Assembly: GCA_045837725.1 (NCBI GenBank)
Contig: JBEWZL010000013.1
Location: 434,001 to 498,000, forward strand
Length of the DNA stretch: 64,000 nucleotides
Source of the DNA: Vermamoeba vermiformis
Taxonomy: Eukaryota
Direction of reading: 5' to 3'
This document shows, piece by piece, positions 25,471 to 37,602 of this stretch; within the stretch, counting starts at the first letter, position 1, and each line of letters opens with the position of its first letter. The notes beneath the pieces are model-generated. The model was not told the DNA's origin and ran no database searches. It saw nothing but the letters and a program-made list of their open reading frames with translations. The position numbers were made by a program, and so were the translations under genes.

Positions 25471-26576
25471 TTACCACTTGCTCGGATTTGCCCTCGGATC
25501 TTTCAATCTTAAAACCCTCTTGAAATCCTAATAACAACGATTATCAATACCGATTCCGCCCAATTAATTGAGCGGCATTATTCTATTAAATGGCCGCAAT
25601 GATTTGCTTGAAAGAAATTGACTTACTGGCCAATACAATTCCTCCGCACCAGATCCTTCAGTCAACTCAGCGTTCAGCACCATTGCCTTGCCAATGCTCT
25701 CTGATGTCGAGCCTTTGTATTTTTCAGGGAGAATAGGCGACAGTCCCTTCCACAAAGGCATGAAAACGGATTCGACTAACCAGCCGTATCTTGCTTGCGG
25801 TGTGTAGATCACCATTGGGCAGAAGTAACTAGTTCGTGCAAAGTTGAGCTCTTTAACATTATCATACATCTCTGCTTTCACCTAAATAACAAAGTCTTAG
25901 TCAGATCTGAGCCAGTACAAATAAGCAAATCCAACATGAGGCCCTTTATAGGATTGCTTATAGACATCCGGATGATTGGTATGTATTAACGTACTCTTAA
26001 TAAGGGCATCCATGAGGTATGGCTCACGCCAGGTCCAGACAAGAACGAGATGTGTCTCGTCCCGTCGTTCTTGCAGATCTTAGCAAAGGCAGTAGGATAG
26101 GTCGATTCTACCTTTCTCAAATATTCTTCCGTTGCTTTTGATGCTTGTCCAACTCCCATTGCCACAAAAGCTAATTCGTGGTCCTTTACAATTTCCTTCG
26201 CCTAATAAATAATTAATTAAAAAAAACCAAGTGACGCAAAAGAGGTCAGAGTACCAATACATGATATTAAAATAATCACTTCAATGCGTTAAAAATATTG
26301 TCCGCTATATTTACTCACTTCTTGGTCCAAATTGTCCAGATTGACAACGTGTTGCGTCAATTTTTCAAGTCCTTGTTGATTCTCAGGAAATTCTATTTTT
26401 CTTCGGCCTAGACTAGTTACTTGTGTACAGTTTGGTGAAGCTAATAGGGCTTTTAAGACGTGTCCACCGACCTCACCAGATCCGCCAATAATAACAGCTT
26501 TGTACGCCTTTCCCATCATCGTGCTGAACTGTAATGCTAGTATAAGTATAAATACAATCAGCACGCGTTGTTTCAT
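25471..26576 (-). CDS. NAD(P)-binding Rossmann protein, HTATIP2/TIP30-like
   Basis: IIGGSGEVGGHVLKALL...VTSLGRR and ESIGKAMV. The start may instead be the MMG near 26520. The last exon ends NPSKW*. Confidence 0.85.
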
Positions 26577-26989
26577 TGCTACTTCTTCGCTCTAACTGGC
26601 CTCAGTCGCTTTATAAATGTCACGCGGAAGAAAGGAGAAACGGATCTGTCCTTTTTTGCGCGGCAAATTGTTCATCAATATTAGCAGTGTAATACTATGA
26701 TGTACAACAATATATTTCAACTGAAATCATGTGTTAATAACAAGGCGGGCCGCAGCGGAAGAATGAACCAAACGGGCTTGATCTCTAAACATTCGTAAGT
26801 AGATAACATAGTCTGCAGTCACATGCACTTATATTATAATAATTATATTATTTAACTGGTATATCTATCAATTTACGTGTAGACCATTTACAGCATTCCT
26901 TTTGTCCGCAGTACCGGATCTGAATCCAATCCAGAAAAAATCTAAAATATCTCCGCTGATCAAAATACACATCATTCTTGGCCATTTAT

Positions 26990-27657
26990 CTACATTATAT
27001 TACATTTTTCGTATTCTTTCTGCGGCAAGCAAATATTTTTGACCGCATCTGTCAGTTTACTTAACCCATGGCTTTCATCCGCTGAAACCTCGACAAACTG
27101 TGCACCAATAGTTTGGGCTAACCTATATCTTTCATATCGAGGTATTATAGACGATGTTGTGCAAGCTTCTTTCGCGGTTTGGATTTGATCTGAAAAAGTT
27201 GCAACAAGAATCAAAGCCACATTATTCGGTGCGTATTTATCAACCATAGGCTTCCATTTTCGACGCACTCGCTTATATGAATCTTGATTTGAGACGGAGA
27301 AACAGATTATAACCACATCTGCCTTTGAAAATCGTTTCTGCAACTCACTAATAAACGAATTAGCCTTCGTCATATTAAAAATACATATTCAAACATACAC
27401 TTCGTCATTTTCTTTCTTTGAAGGCGCACAGAAGCGAGCATCAACAAATCTTTTTTTATCAGTGAGCCTGATCGCTTAATTTTTGAAATTAGTCAGCTAT
27501 TAAATAGGACAATTAAATCTATATTATTCTTACTATATTCCTTAGAGTTTTTGTCAAATGTTTCATCTGGAAATAATTCTTTTCTAAGCGCATTAAATAG
27601 CTTTGTTTTGCCAGATGCTTTGTCGCCAATTAGAACGCACTGCCATTCTTTCTCCAT
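26990..27657 (-). CDS. Divergent Rho/Rac-family small GTPase-like protein with CaaX
   Basis: P-loop VLIGDKASGKT, ADVVIICFSV, FVEVSA and C-terminal CNIM. G3 and G4 are degenerate. Confidence 0.82.
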
Positions 27658-28237
27658 TTCATTGCTGTGCTACTATTGTAGACAAAATTGAAACGTGTGC
27701 CTAACTGACTTAGGCGAACACAGTTTTTCCATGGGAAACCATTTGAGACAGATGTCAGTCGGAGAAGATCCGCGCTTGAAGACATACAGTGATTTCTCTT
27801 ATGAGAAGATTTTTGAAACGCGACCGTTCATGAATTATAGCAATTTAATGCGAAGAGAATAAGACAATGAACGCCAATTGAAATTTGATCCAAGATTTTG
27901 ACAGATCGAGGTGACAAGCCACATGGTCAGTACACTGCAATTAATATACAAGAAAGTATCTCTATAGAGCTCTAATTATTGTATGATAGGCCCTCGAACA
28001 TTAGAACAAACGAAATCAAGCGGAAGTTGAACTAACCGACAGATCTGAAACTTGGTTCAAATTGGCGTTTCAAAGGTTTCAGGCCAAAGAATCTTCCTAA
28101 ATATGTAGATATCATTGAAATTCAACGGATTTGCCCAATTTTCATTGTTTGGAGGCAAGATCCACGAGCACAAAAGATTCGCGCAAAATTAATGCCGTTG
28201 CTGTGAACAGGAGTAACCAGTAACCGAGCGACACTCA

Positions 28238-28939
28238 TTGGCTGCAACTTCTGTGGGATCATTAGCCATGTTCGGCGGCGGAATTAGCTCTGATAACATC
28301 AACACCAACGTCGTTGACGTGTTCAATATTGACTCGGACAGCTGGTCCGTGATGCACTTGTCTGCAAACAGATCCAAACTTGCAGCTGCATCAGCTGGTC
28401 ACTTCGCACTTTTTGCCGGTGGAGTAACTTATGAAGGCCAATCAGATATTGTCGACATATACAACGCGAATACGAACACTTGGTCCGCTGCTACTTTGTC
28501 TCAAGCCAGATCCAGCCTCGTCGCCACATCCGTCGGAAAATTCATTTTATTCGCTGGCGGAGAAACTGATACCGTGGAGTACTCTAATGTCGTTGATATC
28601 TTCGACTCGGAAACTGGTACTTGGACTCAAGCTACTCTCTCCCTTGGAAGAAATTACTTGGCTGCCACATCCGTCGGTGGAAGATTTGCCATTTTTGGCG
28701 GAGGTCAAGTCCGATTCTCCGATCCCAAACAAGTGTTCGTGTCAGTGACTGACCGCGTAGACATCTTCGACGCACAAACTCAACAATGGAGCACGTACAA
28801 TCTGATCTTTGGCCGCTCACACCTTGCCGCTACAACTGTTGGCAACAAAGTTTTCTTTGCAGGCGGTCAAGCCGAGTCAAACGGATTCAAATTCCCCTTC
28901 AACGCTGTTGACATCTTGGACTTCACTGAAGACCTTTAA
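28238..28939 (+). CDS. Kelch-repeat beta-propeller protein; 5' end not found (possibly truncated)
   Basis: About 5 repeats of LS.AR..LAATSVG..A.FAGG...VVDIFD...W. An in-frame TAA lies at 28214 and no ATG precedes the first repeat. Confidence 0.75.
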   Translation: MAATSVGSLAMFGGGISSDNINTNVVDVFNIDSDSWSVMHLSANRSKLAAASAGHFALFAGGVTYEGQSDIVDIYNANTNTWSAATLSQARSSLVATSVGKFILFAGGETDTVEYSNVVDIFDSETGTWTQATLSLGRNYLAATSVGGRFAIFGGGQVRFSDPKQVFVSVTDRVDIFDAQTQQWSTYNLIFGRSHLAATTVGNKVFFAGGQAESNGFKFPFNAVDILDFTEDL

Positions 28940-29061
28940 TACATATACACCGTACTTACTCCTATGTAGATAGATCGTTGTAGATAGATGTTTATAGATG
29001 TATATAAAAACGTCGTTTATTTAGAGTCAGACTTTGAACCTCCTAAACTTCATTCAGCGAG

Positions 29062-30614
29062 TTAATTATCGTTTAAAAATTCAACGATTGGATCAACAAC
29101 GACGTCGCTGAACAAGTGAGGTGCGTGGCCGTATTCAGACAACTCGAGGAACTTCGTCAAGCCTGGTCCCTTCTTTTTCATCTCTTCGACCGTGTCGCGA
29201 AGCAAAACCTCTGACGTGGCACCACTGATGCACAGAATCACCTTAGCTCTGTTACTTTGAAGTGCCTTAAAAGTACGTACCGCAGTAAGAATACAGGGCA
29301 CTTAATCTTCTCCCATAGAGCCCACATGGCAACGTCTTGCGAGGAGCCCTGTTCGAGGAAATGAGACACGCTACTATCGACTGAATAAGAAATAACAAGC
29401 TTACAGCTTGGAAGGGGGCGGCAATGGCAGGATCGTAGTGCACTCTGAAGCTGCTTTCCTCCTTGGCTCTCGTTGAGTGATGGACGAAATGTTCCCATTC
29501 GTGCTCGGCAACTCCGAAGCCCTATTCATTTGCCCGTTAGATTTCTATTACTTGTTACTCTTACTACGTACTGGGTGAATAGACTTGAAGTAAGCTTCAG
29601 CTTCTTTTCTGTCCTTGAAAGTCGGGTTACTTCCTGTCAAACAGGTTGACACGTGTCATTTTCAATTACAATGTAACAAAAGTTAACTTACCAACGTAAG
29701 ATGCAATCTTTCCCAAGGCATGAGCAGTAATGTGAGGTCCAATATCGTTCAAGAACTAAAATGACAGTAAGTACTGGACGTGCGGTGTTGGATCCAATGC
29801 ACGTACCATCTTTTTAATTGGTGAGTGCTCAGCAGAGGCCATCGTCATGCCAATGAGACCGCCCATTGAAGTGCCGACCCAATAACAGCTTTCAAAGCCC
29901 AGTGAAGCCAAGAGCGTCGTTAGATCCGCACAATATTGAAGGTAGTTGTACTCTACAAGCACAGGTTAGGACCAGATCTAGTATGCCAATTCTATATCTG
30001 CTACTTACCAGCAGGAGATTTCAACCAATCGCTGTAACCTCGTCCCGGCATATCAACGGAGACGACGCGGAAGTTGTGATTAGCGAGCACCAGCTTCTCC
30101 GCGACCTTGTCAAAGTCACGTGCGTTGCGTGTCAATCCGTGCACGCATATAACGAGCTTCTCCTTGGCGGGGTCAACTGATTTATGACGCCATTGAACAT
30201 ATGAAACGTAGTGGAATGACGTAGCTGCGTAACAAAGGACCCTGATCCAAAATGTCCATTAAAAAATTGGGACCAAAAATGGTACTGTAAAAGAAATTCC
30301 GATATTATATTAAAAATTATTTCCATCATGTAAGCTACAATAGTTAATAAAGGGTTGTAGGATAATTAAAAATTGTTTACTCGGCTGATCCAAATTTTGG
30401 TTAGTAAAGGGTTAATTGTGCACAATTCAAATGGCTAAATAAGTACTTATATATTACAAATGTACTCGCTGAATAAGTCACAAAAATTTTTCGCGTCAAT
30501 GAGATCCGATCTGAATTTAATCATGACTTACTTGTTGCGTGTTACATTAATTTGGTCGCTAATCTCACTGTAGAGAGGTGCTTCTAGCGGTGTCGAATGG
30601 TTGTGTGTTGTCAT
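29062..30614 (-). CDS. Alpha/beta hydrolase, proteobacterial-like
   Basis: CVHGLTRNARDFD, DMPGRGYSDW, nucleophile WVGTSMGG, NDIGP and GHAP. Confidence 0.9.
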
Positions 30615-30768
30615 TGTGCAATATTTTAAACAAAAAAAGATTTCAAATTTGACAGAAGACATTTGCTCAAAGTCGACGGCGTTCAGTTATTTTTGAAACA
30701 AAATATCGCAGATGTAAGACGGCTAAATTGCAACAGGAAAGGAAGATAAAGCAAAAAATAAAAAGAGA

Positions 30769-30840
30769 AGGTTCTGACCGGATTTGAACCGGTGACCTAA
30801 AGATTTGCAGTCTTCCGCTCTGCCGCTGAGCTACAGAACC
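30769..30840 (-). tRNA. tRNA-Cys(GCA)
   Basis: GGTTCTGTAGCTCAGCGGCAGAGCGGAAGACTGCAAATCTTTAGGTCACCGGTTCAAATCCGGTCAGAACCT; U73; downstream T-runs. Confidence 0.96.
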
Positions 30841-30875
30841 TTGAGTGGACGAGCCGGCAAGAAAAACAAAGTCAT

Positions 30876-30885
30876 ACCAGGTCGT
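30876..30885 (-). promoter_or_regulatory. Putative Pol III upstream element ACGACCTGGT
   Basis: Ends 35 nt upstream of tRNA-Cys; matches the element of the other two tRNAs. Confidence 0.55.
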
Positions 30886-30917
30886 GGAAGGAGTTTATTA
30901 AATGTACAGGTGGTTGC

Positions 30918-33079
30918 TTACCAAAATCTGAATTGGATGAGGTTGAGATTAGCTAATGCGTAGATACCAACAACTTGGCAAAGTACGACGAGCAAAAAGA
31001 GGATCTTCTCCCACATCTCAAACTTCATTTTCTTCGTGATGACGAGCAATGGGAAACACAAGCCCAAGAAGAGAATAAGGATCATCTTGATGAGCATGAA
31101 GATGTTGAAGGCGATGACTTGACCTGGCGTGCCGATATAGAACAAGATGTAATTACCGAACGCAAGTGCTTCGCTGACAATCGCACCAACGCACAAAGCA
31201 GCAGCCAAGAAGTAAATCACCATAAAGCCAATGTTGATCTTGAAGTGAGCAAGCTCTCTCTTCTTTGCAGCATCAAACTGCTCGCACTTCGTTGCACCAA
31301 GTCTGCCGATCTTGGCAATGCACACGATGACAAACAACAGTGATGAGAATCCATCGAAGCAGAACAGCACAATATTCGTGGTGCTGTCATCGCCAAAAGT
31401 TTCTTCATCAGCACTGCTGCCAGGCCAAGTCTCAATGTACTTGATGTTGTTTGTTGAATCGAATGTAAGGATCAAGAAGTTTGTGCGATTAGTCTCGTTA
31501 GGGTCTTCTTGAAGCACTAACTGATCGCTTTGAGTTTTCGCGTACCAGGGCAGCTTGATCGGATAGAACGCAGTGACTCGACCTCCACGAATGTAATTGA
31601 CACCTCCGTATTCATTAGCCTCGAAGCGATTGTTGCTAAGCACACTGAAGAACTTTGAAGCGCCTAATTGAATGCGAGGAGTGCCTGCGAACTGTTTGCC
31701 GTAGAGATTGTCCAATCGGGAGTCGTAGTCAGTCTCGGGGTAGAAAAATGGCACGTTCTTATCTCCATAGAATCTATCCAAGAAAAGGTGATACGCCGAA
31801 TAGACGTAACCTGCTGATAATGGGTATTGCGTCGTTTCAGCAAAGAACAAGCCTTCCATAGTGTCAGGGAAAAATCCGGCCCAGGTGTTGAATTCGAGCA
31901 ACGCTCCAGAGTGTGAAAGCACTCGCTGGTCCATGTAAGTCTCGCCATAGAACTGCAGTGCCAAGCCTCCAAAAATGTCGGGAATAAGACCTTCGTGGAA
32001 TGTCGGGGTGTGCATCAGAACTGCCGTCGAAGGTGACTGGAACAAGCCCGTGCCATTGTTCAAATGCGCATTTCTGAAAACAATATGAGTATCGCTATAT
32101 TTAATAATCATTATATGAAATAATATTATCGACTTACAAGAACTTGACCATGTCTTCCAAGCTGATTGAAAGATCTCCAGACGCCAAACCAGAAATTCCG
32201 TAAGGCTCGTAAGAATTGGCTTTCGCGTTAGCAGGGAAACAAACTGCGTCGTAATTGCCATTTCTTTCGTGGGTATACATTGCACTAGTCATTCCCAACG
32301 GCTCAAAGATATTCTGATGCATGTAGTCGACGTAATTGACACCAGAAACAGTTTGAATCAATAGGCCTTGTAAAATAAGTGCCATATTCGAGTAGGCTAC
32401 CACGGCGCCCGGATCTCTTACGAAAGGCTGCCAGTTGTTCCGCACAAATTTCTCGATGTCTGCTTCGGCTCCAACCTTATTATATAAATTAATATATTAG
32501 CAGAAATCGTATAATATAGACCTCTATGTATAATTTGGCAGGAGTAAAATTCAAAGATTTGATAATTGCAAATTTCAGGAACGATTTTTATACCTCGCTG
32601 AAACTGTTAATCACTCGATTGTCTACGCCCAAAGTATGCGTTAGCAAATGCATGACCGTGACCTTTTTAATACGGTCATCATTAGCAACGTCGACTAGCC
32701 AAGGGATGTGCTTCACAATCTGATCGTCGAGCGTAATCAATCCTTTTTCGTACAGCTGCATCGTTGCAGTTGCCGTAAATAATTTTGTAACGCTTGCCAA
32801 TCTGAATACTGTCGAGGCAGTTGGCGCTTGTGACCATTCGTTGCCATTAATGTCGTAACATTTACCGTTGATCTTCCAAAATACGGATGGTGTCGAACTA
32901 CCATTCGTTAATTGAAAGTAAATCATTGCTGTTGCTGATACGGATGCATCTTGGCTCGAGTAGGTTGCAGTAAACTCGTCGAACCAGCTCTCAACTTGGT
33001 CCATTTTAATTGACGAGTAGCCGCATCTGCCCGCAGCCAACAAGGACAATACAATAGATAATACAAATATATATTTCAT
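30918..33079 (-). CDS. Beta-lactamase-family (class C / PBP-like) serine hydrolase with signal peptide and C-terminal TM helices
   Basis: FRLASVTK (SxxK), LLTHT, YSN, IFEPLGM and HSG; about 4 C-terminal hydrophobic segments. Confidence 0.9.
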
Positions 33080-33338
33080 TACTAACATATAAACAATATC
33101 ATGCCTACTATGGTGGACAGTTTTGATGTCTTCAAAAAAATTGTTGTTGAAGAATCACTTTTTTACCCGTAACCCTCTCTCGGATTGGTCAGCTGTCACG
33201 TGCCCGGGAGGTGACAACTCCGACAGTTGGGACAACTATATTACGGTCAACGAGCCAATTTTAATATTATTAACCGCAGTTTGCGGGAAGAAAAGGGTTG
33301 GATGAGGTTATTTAAAATTAATTTGTTTATTATACTAC

Positions 33339-34620
33339 TTATTCGTCGTCCATATCTTCATCATCACCTTGGTCATCGCCACCGTTTGTTGAAGTAGCAC
33401 CGTCTAACAGCTCAAATTCACCCTTTTTGCTGTACACGCATTTCAAAGAGACTGAAAACTCGGCCATTTTAATCTCCAAAAGTTTCTAAACGCATTAATT
33501 AGCATAAAATTAATATATATAGCGCTACATTAAAGTATTCTCGGCATTATAAAGCGGTACTTACGAGAACTTTAGCTTGATCGGGAGTCAAAGTGTCTCC
33601 TTCTTTACAGACGACATAGTCGCTTCTGAGATTGATAACTCCGTTAACGAGGTGAGTAGGCATGCCCAAACTGCGCAAATAGGGCTCAATTGAGTGCGAG
33701 AATTGAGTCAGAGGACCAGCCTTCAATGTAACTACTCGAGTGGCTTCAAAGCCTGATCGAGCGTAGTCTGATTCAACGTATGATTCGAAAAACCTATGGT
33801 TATTATAGTTAGTAATCAATATAGTATTATCGGTACGAGCAAGCGTAGAGATGATTATAGATCCGCTCATTTTGTTTGACACTTACTTAATGACTTTTTC
33901 TTTGCTATCATTAGTAAATAATAAACCACATTGGCCTTCGATTTGCTATTAAGAAAATATTAGCAACGATCGTAGGAAAGAATAAGGTAAATCTGGATCG
34001 TACCTCTGTAACTTTATCTAAATTGACGTAGTCGCCATTTTCAGTGAGTTGATTCAATGCCATGGCCATAATTTTATTTTTGCCAAAGAAGAATCTGGAA
34101 AATAACGAGATTAGTTTCCTTTTCAGCGATGCGATCGAGATCGAAAAACCAGTAAGTTTGATTATCATCGATAATAATGCCTAAAATATTAAAATAATTA
34201 TTCAAATACAATAGCATACCTGCTGGGCTTCCATTGGTTGCGCAACTCCTTCAGTAAAACGTTTCGCATATTGTGCACGTCGAAAACGAAGAGATTTGTG
34301 TAGCTATCAACGCACTTCTTAATCTCGTCCATCAATTCTGACTTGCCTTCAATACCCTTCTTGCGGGTTTGTGCAAGAGTGACTGGGAAAGAAAAGGGAT
34401 TCGAATCAGTCAACGATCAGATGCAGAAATTAATTATTCTATAACGATGTAATAACAAAATAATATTATAATGTTTCTCAATATCGTAGTTGATGCGATT
34501 ATTAATTTTAACGAATTTAAAAAAGCTGCGATCGTGAGCCGATCACGATCTAAAATCAAAGTAATGTGTATTACGTTCTATGTATCACTTACCAACTTTA
34601 GCTCTCTTTGATTTAGGCAT
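33339..34620 (-). CDS. MRT4: mRNA turnover protein 4 / ribosome assembly factor
   Basis: MPKSKRAKVVTL, NMRNVLLKELR, FFFGKNKIM and HSIEPYLRSLGMPT. Confidence 0.95.
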
Positions 34621-34773
34621 TGTATATTATATATTTGGTGAGGTTTTGTTTGTTGCGATCTAGATCGAGAACAAAATAAATGGAAGGTACCGGGCGAAGT
34701 CAAAAATTTATCTGGCAGCAAAAATATTCTTTGTTGATAATTCAAACATATCACCAACAATAATATATTAATA

Positions 34774-35535
<762 letters not shown>

Positions 35536-35750
35536 GTGAAGAAACCCGATCGATAAAGCAAACAAAAAATATATCTTGTTAATAATTAAAAGCACCTATA
35601 AATATTTGCAACTTTGAAGTGTAAATGAAGTTAAAATTTTCTTTCGTTTTCGGCCAGATCAGATTTGATCCGGTACAATGCCAGCAAGAGTATTATAATT
35701 GTGTATCGAGAAATTAGTTAAAATTGCGTATAAGCAATACCATTTATTGT

Positions 35751-36329
35751 TCAGTGACAATGCAACAGTTGACCGCGATCGCAGACATTATCCTGGCCAA
35801 AAGTGCTCGTGGAAATCGGGGCACCAGAGCAATCCATAGTATTATAGATATTCTGCACTACAACACCGTTATCGCAGGTCATAGTTAAAGCTTGTGAGTC
35901 TGTTAATGCCATGCACTTGTCTCGCACATAAGCTCGAATACTGAAAGGATCTCCCTGGCATTGTTTTGATTCGGTATAAAAAGTCTCCATAATATAGGAA
36001 TTACCAAGGTACTTCTCAAAGGTAAAATTGCTGTTTGGATAGCACTGAGCAGTAGTTCCATATTGATCGCATACATTTAAGGGTTGACGGAGAGCCTCGT
36101 CGCAAGTGTGGCAGCCAGAAGCGCATTCATAATAAGTAGCGGTAGATCGATCGCAAACAACCTTTCCATAAACATCACCATGCTTAATGCAGTTCGTATT
36201 AAATGCTACAATTGCGTAAGGCTTGGTTGAAGCCGCGCAGTTAGCCGCCGATGAGCGCACAAGCCACTGGCCAAAGGCCAAAGACACTAATGCACAGAGA
36301 AGAATAATATAAAGTCCGGTGTGTTTCAT
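35751..36329 (-). CDS. Secreted cysteine-rich protein, intronless
   Basis: 192-aa ORF with signal peptide, many Cys and an internal two-fold repeat. Confidence 0.8.
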   Translation of the reverse strand: MKHTGLYIILLCALVSLAFGQWLVRSSAANCAASTKPYAIVAFNTNCIKHGDVYGKVVCDRSTATYYECASGCHTCDEALRQPLNVCDQYGTTAQCYPNSNFTFEKYLGNSYIMETFYTESKQCQGDPFSIRAYVRDKCMALTDSQALTMTCDNGVVVQNIYNTMDCSGAPISTSTFGQDNVCDRGQLLHCH

Positions 36330-36590
36330 TGTGTTGGGTACAAAATTAAAGAAGAAGCTAGCGAAAAATTTCTCGTTTCAACGAAGGCACGTGATCAACG
36401 AAAAGTACAGAAAAACAAAGAAATTTCTGGCCATATAGCGTCCTAAAAAGTGCAAGAATATTATACTTACGTAACGCATAGGTCTGAAAGTATTATTTAC
36501 ATCAAACTAACAAGCTGAATCTGATCTAGCGTAGCGGTTCGCGTGTTTCCTTCTAACCAAGCATTATATAACTCCTGGTCATGGCGCTCG

Positions 36591-37472
36591 TTACATATTG
36601 ATAGGTTTAGCAATGCCGATAACACCACAAGCCAAGCGAGGACCAGCGTGACCTAACGATTTGGATCAGATCTACTGCCTTTCTAAAATTATGATCTGTA
36701 TTAGCTTACCCGTAGTTGTAGAGTCCTCGTGACCGCCTATAATAAAAAGGTGAGTATGGCGGTACGACTTATTAGGGGAGCGTGAATAGAGGCTTGCCTT
36801 TGCCCAGATCGTCCTCGTCTTTGTGCACGACAAGCGAACGGCCAACAATGCTATTAGGACCATATAAAGTAATGTTTGCATCTAAGCGGAAATATCGAGC
36901 ATCGCCTTTGCTGTCTGCTTCAACATTGCCAAGATCTCCGTCGTGTCGTTCCTTGCAGTCATTAGTAAGCATGTGCTGCTCGAAATAATAATTACGTTAG
37001 ACTTACATCATCATCAGGACCTCCGTGCTTTCTATTAAATGGATTAAAATGCGCGCCAGCAGTAGTGCATCCGTCAGAATTGTCACCCCACTCGTGGATA
37101 TGGAAACCATGCTTGCCTAGTTAACAAAAAAATGCAATTTAATTTCTGAAAATTGGTTTTAGTACTATAAACTCGCTAGGCATTGTCCTATAATTTAAAT
37201 GAATTTTGGTAATTACCAGGAGTGAGTCCAGAGAACGTAGCACGTATTTCAACGGGGTTCTTAGAGCCAATTTGACCAAATTGTGCGACACCATATACAC
37301 CGTTGCCTCTCATGACACAGACAGCGCGTTTGGGCTTTTCTTGGTTCAGCAAATACTCATTACGAGCTTTGGCATCAGTTACGAAGAACAAAAGACCGGC
37401 GCCGGAGCCAGCTAAAATCATAAGCTTTTTACCAAAATTCTTTCCAAGCTTTTGGCTGAGATTACGAAACAT
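36591..37472 (-). CDS. Cu/Zn superoxide dismutase with N-terminal targeting extension
   Basis: [31 protein letters not shown] and [12 protein letters not shown]. Confidence 0.95.
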
Positions 37473-37602
37473 TGTGGATGTGTGTGCACGGTGACAGACA
37501 AAATAATCGTTCCCGCGCGGTGATTTAATTTTATTGTTTGAATTTATTGAGGAAAAACACTTGACTCGTAGTATTATTTATTTATCTCATTGCTTTAAAT
37601 AA

